From Camelus dromedarius (lineage: Eukaryota): 64,000 nt of DNA. The number at the start of each line of letters is the position of its first letter. The first letter of the stretch is position 1. Under the pieces are notes generated by a model that had not been told where the DNA came from, ran no database searches, and saw only the letters and a program-made list of their open reading frames with translations. Shown piece by piece: positions 52,538 to 64,000 of this stretch. The position numbers and the translations under genes are program-made. The DNA is taken from contig NC_087437.1 in assembly GCF_036321535.1 (NCBI RefSeq), forward strand, positions 72,294,001 to 72,358,000, given 5' to 3'.

Positions 52538-53333
52538 GTAAGAGGAGATAGAACAGCATATATTTAAATTACTTATATAATAGCCTTGATTAAAGAAAAA
52601 AAAGAGGGGGGTACATAAGCCATAGTTTTGTCCCAGTAGACTTACCTGAAAAAAAGTGGGAGGACAAATTGGAAAAAAAGAAAAAAATGCTCCTTGGGTA
52701 TACTAGATTTCTGTAGCACTGCTACTTTAGTAGCGATTTGAAAATATCCATATTATTTCTAAAGAAAGAAGGCAAGCCAGTTAGAAATACTGAGTATGCA
52801 TACTACTTTGCTTTAGAATCCCTTATTTACATGTCATTCCATTGCTGGATGACAAGCTTTTAGGACAGGGACCACACTATACTCATATTTATTTTACTCA
52901 GAGACCTGGCATTTAAAAATATTTAATAGTTATTTGTTGAATGATTACTAAAAAGTATTGTAAGGACTGTAGGCTTTTGAGGGTAGAGATTCATTGTTGC
53001 ATCTTCAGTATCTGTCATAATATCTGATATAAAAGTTGTTCAGTAAAATACTGTTAAAGGAATTGATTAAATTTAAGCTTTTCATTAAATCATGTTTGTG
53101 TAAGTTGTTTGGAACTCTGAATATGATTTTTCATTCCAAGTTATAAAAACATACTTTTGTTTATGTAACTATGTAAATGAATATTATTATATATACTGCT
53201 ATAGCTAACTACCATTTGTGACTTAGAACGTATTTTCTTTATTAAAACTAAGTTTAAATCTAGGTTAATAAAAACAAGTTTTCTCCCTCTTAAGTCCTAG
53301 ACAGTAGGAGGTATATCAAAGGTAGTAGGAGAG

Positions 53334-53547
53334 CAGGGATTCTCAGCCTTAACACTGTTAACATTTTGGCCTGGATAGTTCTTTGTCATAGCATTTCCCA
53401 TGCATTGCAGAATGTTTAGCAGCATCTCTGGGCTCTGCGCACTAGATACCAGTAGCATTCTCCCAGTTGTGACAACCAGAAATGCCTCTAGACATTGTCA
53501 GATATTCTACAAGGGGCAAAACTGGTGCCCTCAGTTGAGACTCATGG
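53334..53547 (+). mobile_element. MER20 (hAT-Charlie MITE)
   Basis: tgcagaatgtttagcagcatctctggg...cactagataccagtagc...cccagttgtgacaaccagaaatgcctctagacattg. Confidence 0.9.
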
Positions 53548-54350
53548 CAATAGACTGAGCGCTAAGTAATCTGCACAGGAAAAAGCACCTCATTAAGGTA
53601 GTTTGTCCTCTACTCTGAATAAAGGACACTGCCATCTGTTTCCTTATGATGATATAGAAACAGATTCAGGACTTGAGTTCCTTGATCTGAAACTCTTGTT
53701 CCTTCCTGAGCTGAATATTGTTATGTCATGGCCTAGAGGAAATAGCAGATGAACAACTCAAAATAATTTCAAAAATCGTCCTCTTTTCCCCAATGAGCAG
53801 TGCTGTTAGACTTTTTCCCCTGGTTTTCCATAATCTTTCAGCTGCTCTGCTTTAGTTTTCACACAACTAGATGTGGGTAGCACATCTGTAGGAAATTGTT
53901 ACCGACTAGAGCCATTGGTTATAGCACTATTTTTCTGATGTCAAGTTAATGAGTTACTCTGTTGTCTAGTTGCATTGTATTCCATAATTCCTAGCCCCAA
54001 ATCCAGCTGGATGTTTACAAAGACATTCATCAGAGAGATGAGTAGGTACCAGTAAGATTGGATTGACAAAAATCTATTATAGAAATTCTACAACTAAAAA
54101 AATGTTTGCCCTATTGACAGGAGACAAATAACATCATTTTCAATACTTCAGTTAGTTGGTATACAAAATAAATTCTAAGTAATGGTTATGTTTATAAATA
54201 CCCTTAGAATTTTAGGTTTAAACTGTATTCTGATTGGATTAAAGCAGTGCTTTCAACTGACTCACAAGGCCAGGTGAGGTATTCACCTCAGTTCCCTTTG
54301 CTTTATTCCTACTTTTCTTCTCTGAGGCTGCTTTTATTTCTGCTAGCCCT

Positions 54351-54749
54351 TGAATTAGTCATGGTTCTCCAGGGAAACTAAGAATATAGATGCAGATGGA
54401 TTTGTTTTGAGGAATTGGCTTACATGATTGTGGGAGCTTACAGTTCTGAAATGTCTAGGGCAGGCTGGCTAGCAGCCTGAAGACTCAGGGGAGAGTTGAT
54501 TACTGCAGCTGGAGTCTGAGGACAGTCTAGAAGCAGAATTAATTCTAGAGCACCTCAGTCTTTTTCTCTTAAGGCCTACAACGGATTAAATGAAGCTTAC
54601 CCACGTTATGGAGGGTAATCTGCTTTACTCAAAGTCTACTGATTTAAATGTTAAGCACATCTAAAAAAATACCTTCATAGCAACATCTAGTTTGACCAAA
54701 CATCTGGATACAATAACCTACCCAAGTTGACATATGAAATTAACTGTCA
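54351..54749 (-). mobile_element. MLT2-type (ERVL) LTR
   Basis: ggttctccag...gaggaattggcttacatgattgtggg...tatggagggtaatctgctttactcaaagtctactgatttaaatgttaa...caagttgacatatgaaattaac. Confidence 0.88.
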
Positions 54750-55309
54750 GAGCTCTTGAGAGTATTAACCTTCATTAGAGTCATTTGAGCTTTCTTTTTC
54801 TTTGCCCGTTATGGCCTACTTTTAGGAGAGTCTGGTTTAATGGGATACTACTACGTTATTATATTTAGAACAGATTGAAGAGGTTTATTTTCTTTGTTTC
54901 TATATACTGGATTCAGTGAATTGTTTTATAATACCAATTCATTATGTTAATACTTGGACTTTACTGTTATAAGCATACCTATTATAAAATAATTTCTAGA
55001 AAAACTACTCTGAAGTAAAAGCTTGATGCTAGAGCTGTGGATTTTGACATTTTCCATTTGTGAAAGTGAGTCATTTTTTGATTTGGATATATTGAACAGA
55101 GATATCAAAGCTTTAGAAGATTGACAAGGAGCAAAGCGTATTTTATATTTAGGGTTTTTTTTCTTTGATATTTCCCATCCCTGTTGAACTATCTAGTTGA
55201 GAACACTGACAGGTATTTTGAATTAGATATATTATTTAGCTGACTTATGATGCTGTCATCTGCTCAATGCCATCTTCCTTGGGACAAGTAGGTTCCAAGG
55301 TAGTTGCTT

Positions 55310-55500
55310 AGTGAGGTGCAGTAGACAGCATGGAACCAAAAGTCGGCCCGTGTAGATCTGAATCCCAGTTTCTTCATGTAACTCTCCTTGAGACTCAGGC
55401 AAGTCACTTTCTCTCTCTGGAGACTTATCTTTATAGGGAAAAATTATTACCCTAACTGCCTCACAGAATAGTGTTTGTAAGAATTACATAAAATGTGGAA
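55310..55500 (+). mobile_element. MIR fragment
   Basis: tgaatcccag...ggcaagtcactttctctctctg...cctcacagaatagtg. Confidence 0.65.
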
Positions 55501-56000
55501 ACAGTAAAATAGAAAGTCCCATATAAATGTGATATGATACTACTCTCTGGATGTCTTAGATTTCTGAAGAATAGCTATTTAATATAACCAATGTCTTGTT
55601 GAGAAAATGTCAGTGCATATTTAAATGTAAATATGACTCCTGTAGTCTCTTAATCTCTTCACTTTCTGAGCATATATGTTTTTATAGACTCACAAAAGGA
55701 AAGTAAATAAAGTAAATGAGAAAGTAAATGAGGAGTAGTAAATGAGGAATGATATGGTAAGATAATTCATGGTAAAATATTAAATTGGTGTTTTAAAATT
55801 TTTATTTTTAGCTTGAAAAGTGCCTTTGAGATTATTTACTCCTATTAGAGTTCATTTATAAAAATACTGCTAAAGTTGACTCCACATTTTAGAGATCTTG
55901 AGAGAATTTAGATAATATTAAGTGTTTTTATATTGCTCAAATCATAAATGGAGGATGTTTACAACTTAATTTTAGTTATTATTTTCTAAATTTTAAATAG

Positions 56001-56050
56001 GTATTGCAGGAATAACTGAAGCAGTTAAAGAGATTACACTGGAAAGCAAG
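56001..56050 (+). CDS. ATG3: ATG3 exon 6 (G-IAGITEAVKEITLESK)
   Basis: aaatag|GT ... AAG|gtactg; 50 nt. Confidence 0.95.
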
Positions 56051-58319
56051 GTACTGGTTAATTAGTTATGTATCTAAATTCAGTGACCTAGTTATTTGCA
56101 TGTGTGTCTATATCTGTGTTTTAAGGTTACTTATATAATTCTTATGTAAACTGATTATTTATTATCAGACTCTTTAAAATTTTTTTTTCCCTCTCATTTT
56201 TCTATATCAACATCCAAAACACTGCCGTTTCCCAGTGCTTCTCTTCTTTTCCTTAATCTGTCAAAGGGTTAAAAACATTTTTTGTGATGTAACTGGTTAA
56301 AACTTCCCAGTTTTTACTAATTGGGAAGACTTCTAGGCCAGTTTAAAAGAAATGGGTGTTTATTTTTAAGCATAAGTACCAAATGTTCTGGAAGTGGAGG
56401 TTTTCAAAGAGATTTTATTTGCTGATTAGTAGTAGATGCTGACAATATATTGTTTAAATTTGTAGTTTAAACATTGTCTTAAGCAATTTACTCATCTCTT
56501 CTGTAGTTTTTTAATTTACTGCTAATTTGAGGATTTTCTTGTTTTGCTTTTGCAAATTTAAAGATAAACTTTAGTTTATATCATCTAAAATGACGTCTTG
56601 AATGTGGAAGCTAAATCAGTTAGGTTTTATTGTACAATTTATTTTGGGAATTGGATAAAAATTTATAATTGGAGTTTTTCTGCTTGAAAGTTTTCAGTTA
56701 CTTCAGACTGCATTATATTAGCTTTTCATTTCTAAAGAGATAATGAGTACAGTTGTCTTCATATTTTTATATAGTTTGAAATGATATGAAAAATAATACA
56801 AAATACCTTCACATTTATCTTCTCTTAATTGTTTTGTTAACACTCAAGTCTTTTAGAAGATAGAATATTTGGACAGGATGATTGTATTCCTTTTGTCCTT
56901 ATGACTCATTCAACTGCAACAGTTTCTAGTTTGAAATTCCTCTTTTTGTGTTTTTGTCATTTGGATCTTTTGGGTTTGTTACTAGGGCTCAACAGAGGTG
57001 TTAGAAACTAAAACAAGTTTTTTTTTAAATTTTGTTTTTTAGTGTTCAATTTTAGACTTGATAGGGATTAAGATTTAGTTCATTATTCTGAGAATTCATC
57101 CTTTTGAAGTTCTACTTTTTGGAGAGTTTGAATGACTAAGGAAAAATTACAGAAATGGCTTTGCTGCTTCAGAAGCTCTTGTTTACTCCAGCCATTAGTG
57201 TGTATGCTTCAGACTTTGAGAATGATAAATGGAGAGAAGTGTGGATATAGCATTGTTTTGATAGGTTTATGGTAGTTCTTTCAAGAATTTCTAATAAATG
57301 CAATAATGATTAATATGGTACTTGGTACCCCACTTAACATTCTTATGTCCTCCTAAAGGATGTATACTTAGAATAATTTACAACTAGAAAATATCTTGTC
57401 ATTTCCTATTTAATGTAGAGTTTATGTGATTTTTTATAATTTATACTTAGAATACTTATTATCCAGACGCAAGTATTAATCTTGGTTGATGATTTCTACT
57501 GTATTCTAGTATATCAATTATGAACCTCTCCAACATCATTAAAACTTCCCTTGATTAATTTGTCACCTATTGGTGCATCTAAAATTTACCCAGATACTGA
57601 TGGTCTTTTTTCTATGGTTTCACATTTTTGGTGTAATAATGGTACATGTTATTTACATTTCTAGTAGTAAATAAAATCATCCCTAAGTAAACTTGTAAAT
57701 TAGGTAAAACTAGATGTCCAACTTTTTTACTTACTATATTGACTTCAGATTTTTAGAATATTAATTTTGTGAAAATGGTAATTTATATTAGGCTTATCTT
57801 TGGTTAACATTCTTACATTCTAGTGCTAACATAGTTAATAAACGAACTGAAATCTCATGTGTTGTAATAACTGTTATTGTTTAATTCAGCCAAGGTATTG
57901 TTAACAGAATATAATTGTTTGATATATAATAATAAATATAACTTATAAATATATTGTGATTTATAAATATATGTATTTTCTCCTTTAAGTGTGCAAGTTA
58001 ACTTTGAACTGATTTTTCTAGCACTGATGAATTGGTTAACTAAAAATATTGTTTTATTGGAAGTGCAACTGGCAGCTATTTTTAAATGGTTTGCTTAGAT
58101 AACTCTTGGTGCTTTTTGTATTTTTCGATCACAGCACGTAGGACATCGCTTTTAATGATTGGTTCATGGGTTTGTTATCTGAAGTAGGAGTTTCCTGAGG
58201 ATAACAACTGTCTTATAGCTCTTACTTTCATAGTGGTTAGCACTGTGCTCGTATGTGGATGCTCAGTATTTGAACTAATGAACATACTTAAGTGACTGTA
58301 AATATAATTAATTTCAAAG

Positions 58320-58404
58320 GACAGTATAAAACTCCAAGATTTCTCAGTACTATGTGAGGAGGAGGAGGAAGACGAAGATGAAGGAGAAGCTGCAGATATG
58401 GAAG
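58320..58404 (+). CDS. ATG3: ATG3 exon 7 ([28 protein letters not shown]), acidic flexible region
   Basis: ttcaaag|GAC ... G|gtattt; 85 nt. Confidence 0.95.
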
Positions 58405-60240
58405 GTATTTGTGTTCCAAATTTGCTTTAATCACAGTGGAATATTGATTTTGGAATATATGTAATTCGAGTTAAGAGTTCTATTCCACTGAGTTCTAAAT
58501 TTTAACATTTAACAGCACAGAGAGGCCTTGTTTGGTTTAAATTTAATCAGTACAGAACTTATCTTGATCTTAAACAGTGCAGAACTCTTCTGCTTTACCT
58601 AGACCGTAGCCTTGATAGCATTATTTCTGCTGAGATCAGTGTTAATCATAAATCTTTAATTCTGGGTACAACTGTAAGATACAGATTCTTGAGCTAATTC
58701 TTAAACTAAGAACAGAATGAAATCTGTTCTGGCATTTTGTATTTTCTTTTTCCTTTTTGATAATATCTTACTACTAAAACCTTATGATAATGATTCTTAA
58801 TGGGGTCTTTTGAACTATACAGAACCCCTCACTGCTCTGTGAGAATCTGAAGTGCTTTTCTAGGAATACCGGCTGAGAATCACTCTTTCAGCGAATCATT
58901 GTTTCAAGAGACTGAAACTTACTGTACTAACAACAGGGTAATATAAGTCTAAATGTATATGGCTATTCAAAGGTGCATATTTTATAAGCATTATAGTCTT
59001 TATGCAGGTGAAACCTTAGATTAAAATTAGTTGAAGAAGTTGCTGTCACCAGGGCAACCTCTCTGTTAAATGCAGTCTGTCTTTATTGTACTTATCTTCT
59101 CTGCATTATTTATTTGATTCTGTTAACCATTTCCTCCTCTTTTTTTTCCCTACCTTGTTTTTTATGACATGGGGTTTTCCTCCTCCTTCCTTGACTGTTT
59201 CTTCTAAATCTTCTTCTGGGGTTCTTTTACTTTTGCCCAGCTGCTAAATGTTACTGTTTCATAAGGTTTCACTTTTTTTTTTTCTGCTCACTCCTTACAC
59301 TCCCAGGTAGATTTTTGTCTACTTTTACGGTTTCTGTAATTGCATACTGTGGTCCAGTATGGAATTATGTACAACAGGAAAAATGATGATCTAAATTACA
59401 TTAGATTCTCTATGAGGATTTAAATATGACTATGTATGTATGCATTTAGAGAGAGTTAGCAGTTGGGAAAAAGGAAGAGTATGAAAAACCGGTGGCAGGC
59501 ATTTTGGAAGCTGTGAAGTGCTGAATCACCCAAACACATAGAATTTATGGTGAGATAGACACGTTTTGTTGCACGCAGAAGTAGGTCGCGTCAGTAGAGT
59601 TGAAGCACCATAATGGCAAGTGGTGTTTGCCGATGAGGAGGTGACAGCACAGCCTAGCCTAATCACCAGAGTAGCCTTGACTTAAAAGTATCTTTTAATT
59701 TGTTTCCTAACTTATTTTTGAGTTACCATGAAACCTAGCTGTATATCTGTTCCTGAAATCGAGCGAGAGCCTTGTCCTTATTTCCATTGTAAAATCTCAT
59801 TCTTTGAAGAAATCCAAGTAAATTACTTGTAACCAGAATTGCTCACAGCAACCTCATATACCCTGTCTTTGCTCAAGACTTCCATGTCTAAACCCCCAAC
59901 CCAGATCTCCTGAACTTCAGATCTACTTGTTTAGTTTCATTTCCACCTGGATGTCTCATAATTGTCAGAACAACCTTCTTGTACAAATAATCTTTCTGGA
60001 TTCCATCTGTCTCTGAATGGCACACAGTTGTCCAAGTTGGAGTGGGGAATTGTATGAATAAAGCACTGATTTGGAAGTATAGAGTTAGCTCACCCACATT
60101 TATTCAGTATCTTCAGGCAGAAACAAAAGACAAAACTAGTCTTTTAGTATGTTTGTTACATTTCCCATGGATAGTTAAAGAGTTGCTATATGTCGAATTT
60201 TGCTTAAAAAACAGTGTCGATTGTATCTAACGTAACAGTC

Positions 60241-61660
60241 AATTTTCATTCGTTATTCCACAAGTATACGTTGGGCAGTGCAGTGTATATGTATCAGATA
60301 CTGCTTTGGTGCTGGAGATAATGCAGTAGACATGATCTCATGGAGCTAACATTTGATTTAGGGGGCACAAACAGAACAGTAGATAAGCAAAACATAGTAC
60401 TGTCTTAGATGGCTGTAAGTGTTAGGGAGAAAAATAAAGGACAGAGTGGGTAGGGAGTCCTGTGGTAGGATGAGTGTTGTAATTTTTAAATCGGTAGTGA
60501 AGAAAAACCTCATCGAGAATATGCCTTTGAGTGAAGCCCGGCAGGAAGTGAGTGAACAAGCTATTTGGAGGTCTGAGGAAGCATGCAAAGGCCCTGAAGG
60601 GGGAGTATGTGTGGTTTGTATAAAATACTGCAAGGAGGCTCCACAAGAGTGAGGAGACGGTAATAAGACATGGGGTCAGAGAGGTAACTTGAGAACCAGA
60701 TGGTGTAGGGCCCTGGCTTTAAGTCAAAGTGAGATGAGAAGCCTTTAGAGGGCTTTTCTAAACAGAAGAACAACTAAAGTGGAATTTAACATCTTAACAG
60801 AATCTCTATGACTTCAGTGTTGGGGGAAGAGATAGGGACAGTTAGGCGGTTATTTTGATAATATAGACAAGAAATGACTGTGGCTTGGGCTTGAGTAGTA
60901 ACATTGGAATTGATTAGAAACCACAAAATTCTGGACATACTTTGAGGCTAGGGCCCAAAAGGATTTGCTGCTGGATTGAATGTGATATGAGAGAAACCAA
61001 GAGGTCAAGATTTTTGACCTGAGTTTCTTTTGGAAAAGTGTCATTAATTGAGAATGGGAAAATCTAGACTGAACAGCTCTGGAGGGGGAGTCAGGAGCTC
61101 AGGTTTTTTGTTTTTCCCCACCCTTAACAGAGGCACTGGGGATTGAACCCATGACCACGTGCACGCCAGGCACCCACTTTACCACTGAGTTACATCCCCA
61201 ACCCCAGCAACTCAGTTTTTAATGTGATATTTCTGCTGCCCTTTAGTCATTCATTGGAGCAAACAATCAAGTATCCAGGATTTGTAGTCAGGGAATACAT
61301 TTGAGAGTCATCAGCATTTAAAGCCATTGGGACTAGGTGAAATCATCAAGGGAGTATGTGTAGATAGAGAAGAGACAAGGTCCAAAAACTGAGCTCTTGG
61401 TTACTGCAGAGTTTAGGGGTAAAAAAGGGTCGAGATGGTGAGATGATAAAGAGGAACCAGTCTAAGAGATAGTGAAGGAGAAGCTAATGAGGTGGAAGGA
61501 AGGCCAGGAAAATGTAGTATCTTAAAGGCTGAGAAAAGAAAAACCTTCCAAGGAGGGAATAAATCATACTAGATGTTCCTGAGCAGTCAATTAAGATGAA
61601 AACTGGGAATTTACCGCTGGATTCAGCAAAGTGGAAATCACTGATGACTTTAACAAGCAC
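60241..61660 (-). mobile_element. L2a LINE fragment (~1.4 kb)
   Basis: ttcattc...ctcatggagctaacatt...gaagtgagtgaacaagctatttggag...catttgagagtcatcagcat...ggattcagcaaagtggaaatcactgatgacttt. Confidence 0.85.
61103..61205 (-). mobile_element. Second tRNA-derived short SINE (vic-1-like), inserted in L2
   Basis: ctggggattgaacccatgacc...taccactgagttacatcccc; degenerate TSD around ctcag. Confidence 0.85.
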
Positions 61661-61976
61661 GTTTTATGCAATTATATAAATAGCCTTGTGCATACTATGG
61701 AGTCACTGACCACCCCAGAGTACTGTTGTGCCAGCTGGTATTATTAATAGTCTGTAGCACAGACCAGGCCTTAACCATGCTAACTTTCTCTGACTCTGTC
61801 AGGTAAAGTGTCTGCTGCTTTGGAAGTATAAAATTAGCTCCCTCACATTTATTCAGTATCTTCAGTCAGAAACAAAGCAAAAACCTAGTTTTTGAATGAT
61901 GGCTCTGAAGTAATACGTAATTTGGTTTAGGAAATTATTTTGAACTTGATTAATCTTTTGTTGCTTTTTATAACAG

Positions 61977-62011
61977 AATATGAAGAGAGTGGATTGTTGG
62001 AAACAGATGAG
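61977..62011 (+). CDS. ATG3: ATG3 exon 8 (E-YEESGLLETDE)
   Basis: taacag|AA ... GAG|gtctgt; 35 nt. Confidence 0.95.
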
Positions 62012-62240
62012 GTCTGTAAATTGCTTTCTTTAATTTTTAATGAATAAACTTGAGGATTGGTGTTCTTAATATATCAAACAAGTCTTTATATATGTACATC
62101 ATTTATAGCATATAACATTTTAACTTTGAGTTTTGTTATATCTGCTTTTAAAAAAATATATAGAGTGGGAAAACAGATTTTCTAAAATATCACACTCATA
62201 GTGATTTTAATGATTGTAAATTTTTTACCACGATTGCCAG

Positions 62241-62396
62241 GCTACCCTGGATACAAGGAAAATAGTAGAAGCTTGTAAAGCTAAAACTGATGCTGGAGGT
62301 GAAGATGCTATTTTGCAAACCAGAACTTATGACCTTTACATCACTTACGATAAATATTACCAGACGCCACGACTATGGTTGTTCGGCTATGATGAG
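62241..62396 (+). CDS. ATG3: ATG3 exon 9 ([52 protein letters not shown])
   Basis: ttgccag|GCT ... GAG|gtaaac; 156 nt. Confidence 0.97.
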
Positions 62397-63169
62397 GTAA
62401 ACTTATTTTCATGTAAATGTTTTAAATCATTAGGTTTCATCCCTTTGTCATTATGTCCATAGTATGTATTTTGGCCATTTAAATTTTAGAAATCATTTGT
62501 TTTGTAATTTTATGATTAATATTGACTTTGATTCTTATTTTGAAGAAACTATCAATTATTCAGTGTGACAACAACACTACCAAGAATTAAACAATCTGTT
62601 ACATGTTTATTTCTTGGTCACTAAGCTTATATCTTCAAAATTTGAGGGAAGCTGAAGTTGGCTTGTTTTATTAAATTGTGTTTGGGATTATATCTATTGG
62701 ATGTTTGGATATATATAGGCATTTACAGAATGATAATGTTGCATGTAATTTTTTTTTCCCCTTAATACAGAAACCTTTTTTTACCCATTCACATAATTGA
62801 ATTAAAGGATAACTAAAATAAAACTAACTTGTTTAACCTGTCAGCATTACAATGACTATAAATGGGAAATAGGAAAATAAAACGATATAAACCTTAAAGA
62901 TGTTATAAAGTTATAAAGTGTTTTGATAGCCATGAACCTGTCTTTTTTGTGGGATCTTTACTGCATTAGATGGTGGCTGATGTCACATGGCCTTGCTGAA
63001 CAGACTGTCTCCTCCCTCCCTACTGGGTATATAATTTCCCCCCAATAATCTGGTAATTCCGAGTAGTCTAGAATTCTAAATTGCAAGTGATATGGGAGGT
63101 TTGGATAAATACAAACACTGAAGTTTAGGCCTAAAACAGTAATTTCAAAGCATTTTTTTATGGTTTCAG

Positions 63170-63297
63170 CAACGGCAGCCTTTAACGGTTGAGCACATGT
63201 ATGAAGACATCAGTCAAGATCATGTGAAGAAAACAGTGACCATTGAAAATCACCCTCATCTTCCACCACCTCCTATGTGTTCAGTTCACCCATGCAG
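63170..63297 (+). CDS. ATG3: ATG3 exon 10 ([43 protein letters not shown]) with catalytic HPC cysteine; gene continues beyond window
   Basis: tttcag|CAA ... AG|gtatgt; 128 nt; catalytic Cys codon TGC at 63293-63295. Confidence 0.97.
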
Positions 63298-64000
63298 GTA
63301 TGTGTGTGTATTATTCTTCATGGATTTATTACTTGGGAGTGTGTGCAAGCATAGTGCCCTAACAAAAAATTTACTTAATGAACAAAATTCTCTTTTGTCT
63401 TCTTTAGAAATGTTTTTATGCTTAAATATATAAGAAAAAAAACTTAACAATTTGTTTAGATTCATTAAGAATGTTTTTTTTTTGCTCTTTGTGTGTGTTT
63501 AGTTATAATATATATTTGTGATTTTACTGCTGTTGTTATAAGCTCCAAAATAGTTTGGAAGATCCTTTTTAGGTTAAAAAATACTAATCATTTAGATATA
63601 GTTTGCTCTATTATAATGCTTCTTTCTGTGAATGTGGAATATAAAGTTAACTCTGTGCTTTTTCTAGGTGACCCATTTATCTCCTTTTATTGGTTTTATA
63701 ATTTAGGATTTCTTTGAATCAATGTTTTAACAGGGCCAAATAAGTGAAGCTGAGTCTATATACATGATTTGTTTAGGATTTTCCTTAAAAGAAACAAAAT
63801 ACAACGTTAACATGCAAATTTCTTTCAGTTAGTTATTTCTAGTGGGTAACTTCTACAAATCATTGAGAAATTCTGGGAGCAATATTTTTCAAATGAAAAC
63901 TCTGATACTCCATTGACTAATTAGATGCAACATTCTAGTTTTTAAAAATCCTTTGACACTAAAAAAATTTTTTCTTTTTACAACCCCTTTATTCCTAAAC

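Noticed and set aside
51619..55750. Short local repeats (atgaagtta at ~51620; agtaaatga at ~55700-55745)
   Set aside because: Ordinary slippage-type low-complexity repeats; not CRISPR-like, with no regular repeat-spacer structure.
60066..60140. Possible H/ACA snoRNA in the duplicated intronic unit
   Set aside because: No convincing two-hairpin H/ACA architecture by eye; A-rich ACA matches are expected by chance.
63298..63433. ORF extension after the ATG3 HPC motif (YVCVLFF...)
   Set aside because: Reads through a good donor (AG|gtatgt) into intron; no evidence for an alternative C-terminus.

Overview
Mammalian genomic DNA, not prokaryotic. It is probably camelid, inferred from short tRNA-Ala-derived vic-1-like SINEs and cetartiodactyl-type L1 3' ends. 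Three intact spliced genes are present. (1) The last four coding exons of CCDC80 (+, 391-10850). (2) The complete CDS of the nucleotide-sugar transporter family member SLC35A5 (-, six coding exons, 40540-23373, 425-426 aa). (3) Coding exons 1-10 of the autophagy E2-like enzyme ATG3 (+, from 42055; the gene continues past the window). SLC35A5 and ATG3 are head-to-head on a shared CpG island. All exon boundaries are GT-AG and phase-consistent by manual translation. The rest is introns and intergenic DNA full of old repeats (L1, L2, MIR, ERV/ERVL solo LTRs, Tigger/Kanga/MER20). Nearly all other ORFs in the track are spurious. I did not find a convincing new biological system. The best leads are: tandem CLEAR/E-boxes and a strong-Kozak uORF at the bidirectional promoter; a MER41-like LTR with an altered STAT motif; two unexplained dispersed intronic duplications in ATG3; a NAGNAG acceptor; a CTCF site; and a nested LTR. 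Repeat family names and human-orthologue comparisons come from recalled sequences, not from searches.
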